From Trichoplax adhaerens (taxonomy: Eukaryota > Animalia > Placozoa), in NCBI RefSeq assembly GCF_000150275.1, contig NW_002060945.1:2751172-2815171 (forward strand): a DNA stretch of 64,000 nucleotides. Direction: 5' to 3'. The notes beneath the pieces are model-generated. The model saw only the letters and a list, made by a program, of their open reading frames with translations. It did no database searches and was not told where the DNA came from. This document shows positions 51,601 to 64,000 of this stretch, in pieces. The position numbers and the translations under genes are program-made. Position 1 is the first letter of the stretch, and each line of letters starts with the position of its first letter.

Positions 51601-54600
51601 CATTGGCTTGTGCGGTCTGCATAATTATAAAGAATAAGGAAAAGAGTTTCATAAGGAATTCGTGGCCACGCTAAATATAAATTAGTACTAGTGCTAGAAT
51701 AATTACAACCGAGTAAAAAGATCATTCAGACAAATTTGAGGGAATTGCTATTTAGATTTATATGAGAAAGCCAATATAAATTGATACTCAATTACTTAAT
51801 TAACGTACTAACGATGGAAATATGTAAAAATTCAATCTTATGCAACAGGACATAAAGAAGTAAGTACGGTAATACGTATATTCTTGGAAGTAAGCAAAGC
51901 TCATAAATGAAAGTATAGAGTCAATCATAGTACATTAATTAATGGAGGGATAAGAATCCTAAATTCATACTTGTAATGCATCTTGTATCGTTTGTAATGG
52001 CTCCATAGCTAAGGAATTTTCAGCACTGGTATGAAATCGATATTTTTGATCTATTTTATATTCGCGATGATGACTTAAAGCGTTTAGCCATTTCTATTAA
52101 CGGTAATACAGTCATCATGATCATTTAAAATTCTTCAAAGAATGAAGGTTATAAAATACTTCCATATGCACGAATTAACAGTTCCAGATTTGCTAGTATT
52201 TTAAGTTGTTAAAAGCTACATTTATAATGTCTAACCCGTCGGCATTCTCGTCCATTGGCTCCAGGAGTAACACTCCATACTTGTGATGTATCATCAGAGA
52301 AGTCAATCCGAAAAGAAAACTCATCATCTTTCCTGACCTAGAACATTATTTCATTCAATTAAATTGTTCGATTACTAATTTCTCACTTTATCATTTAAAT
52401 TGGCTATATTTTATAGTTCTACCGTGAAGACAGATTGGCTTAGCCATCGATAACCCTGACGTTTAACTCCAGAAACAGCATCCGCTCTAGTTTTAAAGAT
52501 CATTTAGTGCAAAGGTAAAAATAGCGTTATAAGATGCAGAATTTGAAATTTTTTACATTACAGAAATATCTGTTCCACGCTAGTAGAGCTATTTCAAAGT
52601 ATGAATTACTAATATACCTCTTATTATAGTAAAACAGCGTTCCATGATCTAAAACTACCCAGTATAGCTTCCAGCCAAAGAATCTTGATCTCTAATTTTA
52701 AGAGTATCGGTGATTAAAGTTAGAATTGCATTAGTAGCAAAATTAGGTCTTAAAAAGATAGGAATAAATAGAATGAAAAGGATAATTAACATTTTTACTA
52801 TAGAGTTATCAATTATTGAATTATTGCATCGTCAAGGGCTGCAATTAACGTTAGATTCATATAACTTAAATTAAAACAGCGTTACAGTTTTTACTTTTAG
52901 TAGTTCTCCTTCAAATTTTGTAGCTTGGCGCTTTGAAATCTATTTACAATAATAGGCAGTTTTAGCTCATGATAGTTTGATTTCATTTTCTATATTATGA
53001 TTACATCGACAGTAAAGTTAAAAATAAAATATATCGCTAACCTTTGCAGTTTTTGATTTTATTAATTGCGATATTTCAATATTTTCGGTTAAGTCATGGC
53101 TATATTGGCCTGCAATTTATTTGATAAAGAGGAAAACTACTAAATATGGTTCATTATGATAATAGATTGTTTATTTAGTGGCCAAATTATTTATAATGTT
53201 AATGCTAAAATTAATTTCTTAACGGCATCATGCAAATGATTTTACTCTTTCAAAGCTATTTAATCTAATCATGGATAGGAGCAGGAATAAATTGCATGTT
53301 TCAATCGCAAGTTAATCCTTTTCATTAATAAAATGGTAATGGCAAATGATGTAAAGGTCTGCCTTACCATAGTTATTTCTGATATTGACATCAATTCCTT
53401 TATCCAGTAATAGCTTAGCAATTTCCTGATAATTTCTAAAAGTAAGATCAGAAATGATATAAATAATCAAGACGAAAATTAGTAAATCAATTTTGTAGTT
53501 TACATTTATAAATTTATTGTATACTGGAAATAAAAAAATAATTCTACCTTTGAACAGCATAGTGTAGAGCAGTATTACCATGTAAATCTGTACAATGGAT
53601 ATTTGGAGAGTTGATGTCATTAAACTAATTAAAAGGAAGAAAATGTCAAATACGAGGGCTGCCTATTGGATATGGCAATCATAACATTAATAAACTCTCG
53701 ATTTCAGATTAGTGGACAATCTATATCAGGTAAAATATGTAGCAGCTGTCATGGTTGCAATTGAATAATGTTAAATTTAGGCTCAAAGGATTTTAATCTA
53801 GAGAAAGGATAAGCATACGCATAGTACACTAAATCCAATGGAATATTTATGAATTTTCGTCTCCCAAAACGTTAGAATTTAAAGTAAGCATGGAAATAAG
53901 CGAGCACATTAGATTTCATTTTATATTCACAATTTAATAGATTATAATTATGTCAATTATAGCTGCATTTGATTTTTCCCAGACTATTTTATCAATTGCA
54001 ATATATTCTGTATAAGCATTTTAGATCATCAAAATCTGAAGCAAAAATGAAGCTTAAAATGTTATAATCTAATAAGCTTGAATCAGTACGACGTTATTTT
54101 CATTAGATTACAGATTTAATAGTACGATAAGTATTAGTCATATATTACCATCAATTGCATAGTTATAAGATCCCCTATTCTAGCGGAATTTAAAAACTTT
54201 TCTTCATTCTTTCTATTTTGAATTCGTTCGGCAGCTATATCAATCACAATTTTTACAAATTAAATTCTTATAGGCATACCTCATGTCTTCCAATAGATAG
54301 CCAAGCAAATAATATAGTATTAACTGATATTACAGCATTTGTATGCTTACGGCTAGAATATCAGCTTACCTCCTAATATTTTTTCCACTTCCCTGGTTTT
54401 GGCAATACACCGAGAAGTATCGCCAACATTATTAATCGTAAATACATTAACATTTTCTGTTAATAACAGTAAGACAGTGTCCTGTAGAAGCCGATTAATA
54501 ATTGGATCCCATTAGACTGAATAAGTACAAATGTATTTTATTTAAAGTGAAAATTTCCTTATCTTAAGACAAAGTATTAATCAAATATTAACAAATAAAA

Positions 54601-57047
54601 TCCGACGTTAAATTTCCATCTTGAATTAATTACTTACACTACGCCCTATGTAACAAGCTTTATGTAATGGTGTATCGCCGACATCATTAGTTGCATTAAC
54701 GTCAGCTCCATGCTGAATTTTAAAATATTACATCATCAATAGACTATGTTAGATTAGATGTAGACATCTTAACAGACCTTTTACCATTTATTGCATGTCT
54801 TAAATTTTAGCTTAAAAATAATTTTGTTAAAAGATATGATCGACTGAGAGATATCTATATCTCAGATTTGCTACCTGTAATAACAACTTAATTATACTGT
54901 TGTGACCATAATAAGCAGCTAAATGAAGTGGTGTCCACCCAAGATTGTAATTATTCCTTCCTACGATCGGTCAGCAAAAAAATTGATTTGATATCTTACT
55001 ATTAAGTATCTTAATATCGTTAAAATTATTTTTACTAGAAATCTCTGATATTAGGTTAAGGTTAGATCAATTCTCTTCCTATGTACCTTTGCAGTTAACA
55101 TCCACAGCTTTGCCGCCTTGACTTGCATTTAATATATTCTGAAATAGAAATAAAGTCTTTCAGTAAATACCGTGGTAATTAATAACCAATTGGAACAGAA
55201 AATATGAGGCGCTTTCGTCCGAGATAATAAATTACAATTTAGAGAAGTAGATATTTACTACAATATAAGGGATTTAGACATCCATTATAAATCCTATATT
55301 TAATTCAACTTTAGCAAAACATGGGATAAAGATCTCCACTTTTTGTATCTACTGTTTGCAATGCTATCATCGATAAGAGAACTATGAAATAAGTTGGATA
55401 TCACAATTATGCCGTCTAAAATTTATTTTATTTGTCTTGCCGGAGATAAAAATTGACGACGATTAAATTAATGGCTTAGCTTCATATTAGCACGGAGAAT
55501 ATTTACTCGAGATCAATTATGCTTTTGAATGAAATAGCCAACATTAAGAAGTACCTTTTTAGTGCAATTATAATCGTTATGAAGAGGATATAAATTTACG
55601 AAATAGCTGTGAAAAGACTGCAGTTTAATACGATATGAATATCTTTAATATGCTAATTGGAAATTTATTGAGAGAAAATTGGCATCAATCTAACTATTAA
55701 GAGAAGATGAAACATGAAAAGAGGAAGAAGAACTCTATGAGATAAAGCTAGTTACCGTAAAGATTTCTGACCTGTTCAATCTATGATTGCAAACATCATT
55801 ACTTTGAAGCTAACATATCACGTATCATTAAAAATCCACTAGAGGTAACTTAAGTTTTGTAGCAGCTAATTTTGCTTATGAGATATGGCTAGTTACTGAG
55901 AGATTTCCTGACCGATTTAATCTATAAGTTACAGGTTTCATTGGTTTAAAGTCTATCATTTATCATTACAATATACTTGAGGTAACTTAAGATCCGTAGC
56001 AGTTAATCTTGCAACTAGTTTCATCAAAACCGGAAAGATACCCAACGGTAGAATTTAACCGCTAAGAATAGACTTTCGATAAACAGGTTTACAAAGTTTT
56101 ATGTATGAATTAGGAAGGAGTAAATAGTATTCAAATTCGATATGAGGTGGAATAGATAATTCGAGTAGTACGATAGTTTGGCAAGTTATAGAATTGAATT
56201 GTACTATTTCTAGTCGTTAAAACTGCCGTACTACCTAGCCGACAGCTTTAATCTCAAGACACTAAGAAGCTATAATTAATAATAACGAAATCGAATAATA
56301 AAATGACTTGTTCTGTTCTAGAAAGAAGGTATAAATTGTTATGAAATGAAAATTAATCAAGCATTTTAAAGGTTTATCCAAATTTATGCTGGGAAAGAAG
56401 TTCTAATGTATGCTAGGGAGATCATTATTAGGATACTGATATCCTCTGTGAGCTTATTTTTTTACAAAATTAATATAATCTCTTCGTCATAAACGACGAA
56501 AATCTCCAGGTTCAAACAGCAGGAAATTATGTTAAACCGATTATAACATGGAGGAACTTTTGTAAAGAAACATATGCTACATTGCTGATGGAATAATCAG
56601 TAGGCTATCAGCATTGATTTATGATTTGAAAATGGAAAATCAGGATACAATTTTAAACTATAATCCTTCCTTTATATCGATTTCGAGACCTCCTATTAGA
56701 TGTAGAATGCTATCTAAATGTAATTTTTAGCCTATCATAGTCAATTATTTTTACGGAATATGGGCCTTCTTCGTAAATTGCAAGAAATTATATCTGGAAA
56801 TTGCTGCAATGCTACATATCACCGTCTGATGAAAGCTAAGAGATGGGACGACAAATTTAATTTTATTCCTTTATACTTGTGTTTGTAATCGCTTCATTAC
56901 CGTGCATTTCTTGGTATCTCCATTTCTAGCAGCTAAATGTAATGATTCTTCAACTTCAATGACTTTACTGGCCAATACAGTTCCATGGTGAAGATTAGGA
57001 GTTGATCTCGTAATATCTAACGTATCTTTAGTATGCAGTCTTGACAT
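45678..57047 (-). CDS. OSBPL1A: Oxysterol-binding protein-related protein 1, long form (ankyrin repeats + PH + FFAT-like + ORD)
   Basis: LHLAARNG; DVNCKG; [15 protein letters not shown]; [11 protein letters not shown]; PH domain [14 protein letters not shown]; [12 protein letters not shown]; [17 protein letters not shown]; [13 protein letters not shown]; EQ|[11 protein letters not shown]; [12 protein letters not shown]; [10 protein letters not shown]; [10 protein letters not shown]; [13 protein letters not shown]; TGA at 45678-45680. Start uncertain: the frame is open to a splice acceptor at 57093. Confidence 0.95.
48711..49377 (+). repeat. Diverged intronic tandem duplication (about 370-bp period)
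   Basis: gcaaatag..gtaaaggctaacata...tttagaaac.tttaatacaagtaattact...ttcagtt.cagtagttgc...agaggccaatcta occurs at about 48711-49000 and 49080-49377. Confidence 0.85.
55736..56013 (+). repeat. Diverged intronic tandem duplication (about 140 bp x 2)
   Basis: tatgagata..gctagttac...agattt.ctgacc...aatctat...tatcatta...gaggtaacttaag...gtagcag.taat.ttgc occurs twice. Confidence 0.8.
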
Positions 57048-59824
57048 AGTTAATAGTTGATGGCCGTAGTTACCTTCATTATCGACAATTTTCTAGAGAA
57101 ATTGCCTTGATTTTTTAAATTAGAAGATAATAGTATTTAATTACAATATTATGAAAGCTTGCTTTACTTGAACACAACGTTGTTATTCGAAGTAAATTTT
57201 GATGCGAATTGGTTCGGTAGCTATTTTTTAAAAATAGTGAAAGATGCAAAGCGCTAGTAATTCTTAATAGCAAATATTCAGCGATAGACCATAGTATAGT
57301 ACATGACCTAAATGAATAGAGTATATGCTTGATATTTTTAATGGCCAATAGCAGTAGATTTAGGGGGATGACAGAAAGGGAAATATAATTTATTCATGGT
57401 GATTCGCTATTTCGCTAGCTCTATTAATTCTGAATCATACCTATTGATAAACTGAAGATAGCTCTGATCTTATAACTATTTTAGTTATCCACTACCTGCG
57501 TGTTGAATCGGTTATCCATAACACTTGAATAGGAATAATTAAATAAATTAATAGAGGTATAAATAGGCCATCATATGTTCAGCATATGACAAAATGATGA
57601 TTATGAATTACAAATTAGGCTAGTGATCTGAAATAAAAGCCATAATTTAATTATAGACAATAATTATTATTTGCTATAACGCTCGTCCAAATATATGAAA
57701 CATAATTTGACAAGGTGTGTTATCGCTGGAATTGCGGAATAAACATATTATCGGTCAATAATGCTATGAATAAGTTAGGAATAAGTCGATCTAGCCTTAC
57801 AGAATCACAGCTTTGATCAATCTACTCTTAGAGTCATTTTGTAAGTTATGCTTGCCTTTCGCTGATTCGTCGGTGAAGTAATCAATTGTAGCTCGCACAG
57901 ATATCCATACAGGTTTTCTAGATATTCAGCAGATAGAAAGAAATTTGGTGTTAGCTAAGATTGAGCTATAAATTTTGAGTATACCCTACTTCTGGTTATT
58001 TTAGATTTAAGAGTAGCATGATACGTTGCAACCGCAAGAGCAGAATGTTGATGGATGATTTATGAGTTATTGATGGGATTATCCTGAACGGATGCAGATA
58101 TTGAAAAATGGTATTGGTCGGCCTAGAGCCTTCATCAGAAGGCATTAATTTTGAGGCAGTTGTATCTAGCCGGTATAAGAAAGGCAGACATAATGCAATT
58201 CTGTACGAATAAGTGTTGCTTGTACTTAACCGTAGATACAGGGGTTTAAAATATTTTGAAAGAAGTATGCAGTGATGAATAACCAGCGAATACATTGCAG
58301 ATCAATTATAAGGCTTTAGAATTTAGAGATCTTATGCTTTAATATTTAAAAGATGTACAGATTAAAATGGACATAATCGCTGAAAAATGTGACGATGTGG
58401 AGGAGATACTACCTTTTAGAATCAATTCCATTTATTTTCGTGTAGCGGTGGATGTATATGCGTCTAGACCGAGTTCAAAAGAAACGTCTATAACTATGAA
58501 ATGGAATAATTGGGATTGGTGTTTTGTTGTAGGTGTTAAAATATGCAGGAGTCTAAAAGTGTCAATTTAATCTTTCTAAACTTTAAAGTGGTGACAATCA
58601 TTCTTTTAGGATAGAAAATAATCATGTAGGATACGAACCAAATGTACCCGAACGCTTAATATTCAACTTTAACTAGTAGATGAAAAAAATTATCATCTAG
58701 GTCGGTCTATTTCCTATCTGTATCTAGACTGACAAAGTAACAGTAGAATACGATACAACTGATTTAATGTTCCAATTCTTACGGCGATCAAACGTATCTT
58801 GACATATAAATATTTTAAGGCATAAAAGGGAAAAGCTGTATCAAAAAATAATGCAGGAATATTAATCCGGTAACGCGTGTATTTGCCAAATCAAAGATAT
58901 TAACGTTGAGGTTAAAATGAATCAGTCTTATTGCTTTCAATCTAAAAAGTTAGGATAGCTTTGCATACTATGCAATACACGCGGTGAGCATACAGTCTTC
59001 TTAGTGGAATTTGGTATGCGAAGCATTGGCATGCTACGCTGATGTTTAATTTTATATTTCATTTTCAAAATATGTAAATAAGTTTCTAGCAATGATCAAT
59101 TTAATTACTTACTATAAATATAGACTATTATGGCGAAAATAGGTTTCCAAAATAACATGCGATTAGCTTTCAAATGGTGATTTGTGATTCATATTTTAGA
59201 TACCAATAATAATAACGAAGCTATCGATATAACGATAAAGGCCAGGCCATTCATATTCCTGCTGTAAGGAACTATTTAACGAAATTGAATGAATGGATAG
59301 ACTAATAAATTGGAAAGTATTTCGATATTAAGCGAGTTATGAAAGTACGTTGATGCTATGAGATTCTATGAATTTCTACAATAACATTATTAAGCTTACT
59401 TTAGCCAATAGCATCAACCGATTGTTGCATCTTATGGTTGGTATGGTGATGAAACAAGCACATTTTGAAGAGAAAAATGCTACCTTAGCTTTGAGATTTA
59501 GTACAAAGAAAAGGTATCCAAATTGTAATAAGCTAGAAGGTGAGGTAAAATTTGACTATATGTATCGATAAATAGAGAAGACATAATTGTAAAATTACGT
59601 GTTACATTCTTTTAGAATTATATCATTTACAATGAGTGTACAATTTCATTTTAAGCAAGTGCAAAACAGGCAGTAAAACTTGACTACGTATCAAGGTAAA
59701 TGCAGAAAACTCAACTCTATGGACCTTGATTAATTTTTTATCATTTTAAAAATTACATCGATTAAAAGTGTATTTATAGGCTCAGTATATTGGCAATCAT
59801 TTGTACATGGACTACATGTCTCCA

Positions 59825-61058
59825 TCATTCTAGTTTTGTACGAACTCTATTCATGGACCAAATAGTAATATGAAGTAAGCTCATGAAAGCAATCCAAACA
59901 ACGTACGGCAGTACCAAATAGAACGCCATCTCATTGATAGGTAGAAATAAAATTGCGCAATAGCCACTTACACCAGTTAAGACTATAAGATTTAAAGCAG
60001 CCTACAGCAGAATATGGGAAAATAACATAGTTAGCATCAAGCTGAGATATTAAATCTGCAACCTTTTGTGTATAAACATGACTATGCTTGTGCAGATTGC
60101 ATATTACGATTATTCTGCAAACAGATAAGGGGAAATCTATATATAATTGTCAATGATTTTTCACAGAATAAGGTGTAAAACTATTACTGTAATATTATTG
60201 CATTAATCTATTGCCTGCCATTCAGTTATTTCGCCTATCAAGACTCGTGATTGCTAAAGTACTACTCAGCGATAAAATTAGTTTTTAAGCTATAAAACGA
60301 TTCATGCATTCTTGCTAGTCGATGCCCATATTGATTGCATACTAGTTATGACCGCCAGGATGGTCTATACGCGTATTACTGTCATTAAGGTAGACTTATT
60401 ATTGTTATTATTTATTGTGTATTCGTAAAATAAAGTATAACTGCAATTAAAACTGGATAGAAGTTGATTGTATGTTATCCATTTGCAAGATACCAGGAGA
60501 AAATTAAGGTATCAACTATATGATATGAGTACTTCCAATTTCTATGTCATCATAAGACAAGGCAGCATGACAGAGTTGTAATTAAGATCAATCTATTGTA
60601 ACTTCTATATTCTGGTAAAGCTAATGTATAGCCGTCCATGTAATTCGATGAAAAATTGGGTAAGCAGTCATAATAATTATGGTTATCGTTAATTGATTAC
60701 AGGATAACAGGATAATTCACATTGATATTACTACAAGGTGTTATCACCTTACCATTGTTAAGCTTTGGATATTGTAATAACATAGCTGCCATGAAAGGTT
60801 GAGGAGTACAATAAGTGCATAAATGCATAATGGAAATTTAGCTGCACCTTGTAGTCCTTGGCCATCAATCCAAGTTAAGTAGGATGCAATCCCAATACAG
60901 GTGTATAAAGCTGCCCAAGTTAAGGTCGCTATCCAGAAAGATGGATTCCATTTGGGCCTTTTGACACATGCATAAATTTCCTTTTTCTGATTCCTTGTTA
61001 AATATTGAGCAATGATCCCACTTAAATGCGGTAGTACTATTAAAGCAGCTGCAATCAT
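59825..61058 (-). CDS. TSPO: Translocator protein TSPO (TspO/MBR family); 2 coding exons
   Basis: Exon 61058-60753 (LPHLSG...YACVKRPKWNPSFWIATLTWAALYTCIGIASYLTW...LNLSW) and exon 60001-59825 (AALNL...FLPINEMAFYLVLPYVVWIAF...IWSMNRVRTKLE*); five hydrophobic segments. Confidence 0.92.
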
Positions 61059-61974
61059 TTCCGTTGAATGGTTTTGTAAAGTATTAATAACTTAAAATAG
61101 CCTCTTAATGACTACACAACAATAACGGTTCTCCAATCAAAACAAACAAGTGCTTGCTAGTTGCAATACCATGATTGGTATGTTCAATCAGGGCGTTAAA
61201 CAATAATATTGTTTATGGAATGGAAGGCTGATTGATGAGGCAGAGAATTGTTGAAGGGAATAATCAGACTCAAACTCAATTCTTGGGAATAAATACGATA
61301 GATCTTTCCACCTCTAGCCACTGTTACCTTTTACTGTAGTCAGTAGGAATGTCTTCCGAGTTGCTAAAAGCAACTTGCTTTAGGAAAGCCTCATTCGATT
61401 TAGACGTCAATATTGTTCTGCGAACTTCAGACCTGATGGGGTCCGTACATCAGTCTGTAACTCGTTGGAGAGATAGTACTGCGGCTGTGCAGTACTCGAA
61501 GAGCCGTCTGGATTCAATCACTAGCGGAATGTGTTTCAAAAAGTGCTGTAGACGGCAGTACTCTGTACTGTAAGTTACAGTATATTGTACTGTAGAGTAC
61601 AGACTCTAGTGGTATTACGACGTGGCATGCAAAATGGTTGAAGTGACCGTACATGTAACAGCGACTCATAGTTTGTATTCGAAACTTGAAAGCAATACAA
61701 TTCCAGTGTTGAATACTGCAATAAAAAGTAAAAAGTAATCAAAATATCAAGAGCCAATAGCTCAAGGTTGCACTGATCTGTCTGCATGGAATTGGAGGGC
61801 AAATTGAAAGTCCATTTCTTCACAATTTAAAGATATAATTTAAGGCAACACTATCATTGCTGAACGTCTTTCCATCATTTTAGAGGGCTCGCCACGCCCG
61901 TGTAATAGTGGTCTTATAGAGACTCTGATCAAGAGGCTACACACCAGGAATCGATCGTTCTATTAGGGTACCAT

Positions 61975-62325
61975 TACAGTACACAGTACAGTAGAGTAGA
62001 GTACTGTATTGTACACTGTACACGGTAGCAGACTAGAAGCTGTTAAAATTGAAATTTCTTAGAACGTGAACCCTTCTTAATTACAACTATCAAGAACTCA
62101 ACTTCTTCCCTGAGTTAAAACGAAATCGACTTTAACCATCTACATGACACGAATGTAAAAAATCTTGATCACCAAAATTTGCAAGAAATTTCAATTTGAA
62201 CAGCTTTTGCTATAGAGAAAATTGAAGGGATCCAAATCGATCCATACCACTAGACTACAGTACATACTGTACAGTATAGTGTGTGTACACTGTACTGTAC
62301 GGTACTGTACTGTACTGTACACTGC
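61975..62325. repeat. CAGTA/TACTG pentamer tracts flanking the small inverted-repeat element
   Basis: tacagtacacagtacagtagagtagagtactgtattgtacactgtac on the left; tacagtacatactgtacagta...actgtactgtacggtactgtactgtactgtacactg on the right. Confidence 0.8.
62037..62206. mobile_element. Small MITE-like element (170 bp) with 24-bp inverted repeats
   Basis: aagctgttaaaattgaaatttctt (62037-62060) versus aagaaatttcaatttgaacagctt (62183-62206): 23/24 complementary. No TSD recognised. Confidence 0.6.
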
Positions 62326-62799
62326 AAAATTACACTACACGACACTCGCACAGCTTCACAAAAGCAGCGACTTGACAAAAGTCAAGTTAACACTGAAAAA
62401 AGTGTTCTCAACTGTTCAATGTTCATATTATTAGGAAAAAACACTATGGTGTCTCATAGGGCTGGCACTGTACAGTACAATCAGGATTTGTCTCTCCTTC
62501 AGTAATAAGCCCCCATAGTAAGCATGTGCTGTGTACTGTACAGTATGAACATGTTCAAATCTCCTAGCAACTCGATGACGTAATAAAGCGAGTAGTCCAA
62601 ATGTCCAATACAATGAAGCCTTTACAAAAGGTCCTCTGAAGGAGACCGGTGACGGTAAAGTACACGATCGAGTTAACGCTTGACCCCATTGAAGCCTATA
62701 CAAAAAGCTGCTAGGAAGGGGACCCCTGACGCTATAGGAGTTGACGCTTGACCCTATTGATGACGTCACTGTGACCCCTTGCATCAATAGCAAGTGTTC

Positions 62800-63295
62800 C
62801 CCAGTGGAGTGGTAGACTACCGTAGACCTTTCTTGACGCAACTTTCTGAGCCCAGTTTTGTCAAGACGAAATCACTGGAGGATTCCTACCTTAGGATCAA
62901 TTCATTGAAGAAAATCGAAAAGTAATTCAACGGTAGGTAGCCAGAGTTAACGGAAAGAATATGCAATCAATTGTAGGCAAAGAGATTTTGTTTGTTTCAG
63001 GTGGAATCAAATCTCTTGCATTTCTTGATGTTCAGAAAGCGCTCCGTTGAATCCATTGAGGATTAACTCGTTTTCTGCAGATGATCATGGAAGACTATTG
63101 AAGCTTGTTATACTGCTTTAGAAGAAATCAATCTACTGTAGAACATCTGCAAAGGAGTAGCACAGCATGATTTGATGATGGCATTATTTCTAGTTGCACT
63201 TGGCGTAATTTTAACCACGTTCCTGTTGCAGCAATGGACAAATTATTCAGGTTATCGTCCCATCTCGTTAATATCAATTTCGTCTCTGTTGCTTA
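62800..63295 (+). mobile_element. Decayed non-LTR retrotransposon reverse transcriptase fragment
   Basis: In order: DYRRPFL (RPI-like), SLAFLDVQKA[frameshift]SV (D..KAFDSV), WKTIEACYT, ICKGVAQHDLMMALFLVAL (GVxQGDPLSxxLF), GY...ISSLL (pre-ADD region); stops and deletions throughout. Confidence 0.6.
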
Positions 63296-63299
63296 TTAG

Positions 63300-63900
63300 A
63301 TTTCACGCAGCAGAAACCAACCTTGTAGGAAGTGACAAAAATAAGGTAAAGATAAAAAAATATTCAGTCAATCAGTGCATTTTCCACTTCTTATGTTCTC
63401 ATCGACAATTTGCATAATCGCTTCTTCATATTAATAAATTACAATTCCTTGAAATCAAACAATCAAATGGATTACGGATCCTAGCTTGGATGATCCAGGC
63501 TGCCATGATTGAACACAGTATTAAGTACAAGGGATTGCTATAAAATTGAAAGTGTCTACACTTTTAGTTATGCTGAATGCCGCAAGATCGACCACTATTG
63601 ATTAATTAAATGGGTAATAGGCCGGTAGAATTATCGGATTAATGCCGGTGCTCGCGTACTTGCATACTTTAAAAATTGCAAAGTACGTAAAACAAATTAT
63701 GCAAATGACTAGAAATCCAGTGGAGTAATAGCGTCTATTACGCCCATATTGGATACTGGCTCCATACTCCCTTAGTCCCTTATAATAATTATAATAGAGA
63801 CGAAACAGGAAGCTACAACACAGTACATTTATACACAGGCTAGTGTTAACGTACAATCATTCCATTTTACCCTTACTGCGGATCATGATAGACGCACATG
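63300..63900 (-). pseudogene. Probable decayed rhodopsin-family GPCR fragment (TM5-TM6-like)
   Basis: GFLVICIICFTYFAIFKVCKYAS (TM5/ICL3-like) followed downstream by R*EHKKWKMH*LTEYFFIFTLFLSLPTRLV (TM6-like). Confidence 0.35.
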
Positions 63901-64000
63901 TGTACTCTTTCTGTATGTTACAGTGGCGATATTTTTGCAGTACAGCACTACAGTATCATAAATCATCACTCATCAATTTAATTTAAAAGGCAAATCAGTT

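Noticed and set aside
62431-62841. 136-aa minus-strand ORF
   Set aside because: It has a non-ATG start and no recognisable domain, and overlaps pentamer tracts and the RT relic region; likely a chance ORF in GC-richer DNA.
1-64000. tRNA, rRNA, snRNA or snoRNA genes
   Set aside because: None recognised by eye; an Infernal/Rfam and tRNAscan-SE run would be needed to exclude intronic snoRNAs.

Overview
AT-rich, gene-dense, short-intron animal genomic DNA. The compactness and gene content suggest a non-bilaterian, probably a placozoan (Trichoplax-like); this is inference, not demonstrated. Eight spliced housekeeping genes can be reconstructed by hand: RBM8A/Y14 (-), ULK4 pseudokinase (+), PPP1R12/MYPT myosin-phosphatase targeting subunit (+), NDUFB8 (-), NTMT1 (+), COPB1 (+), OSBPL1A/ORP1L (-) and TSPO (-). 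Non-genic structure includes a 12 x 80 bp minisatellite enclosed by imperfect inverted termini, two MITE-like elements, several local tandem duplications, a decayed non-LTR reverse transcriptase and several probable decayed rhodopsin-type GPCR fragments. Most interesting observations: (i) (TACTG/CAGTA)n palindrome-forming tracts concentrated near gene 5' ends and also carried inside or next to MITEs; (ii) six consecutive phase-0 MYPT exons whose lengths are all multiples of 21 nt (whole coiled-coil heptads), including a tandem-duplicated exon pair. Exon boundaries were read by eye and homology calls come from remembered family motifs, not database searches.
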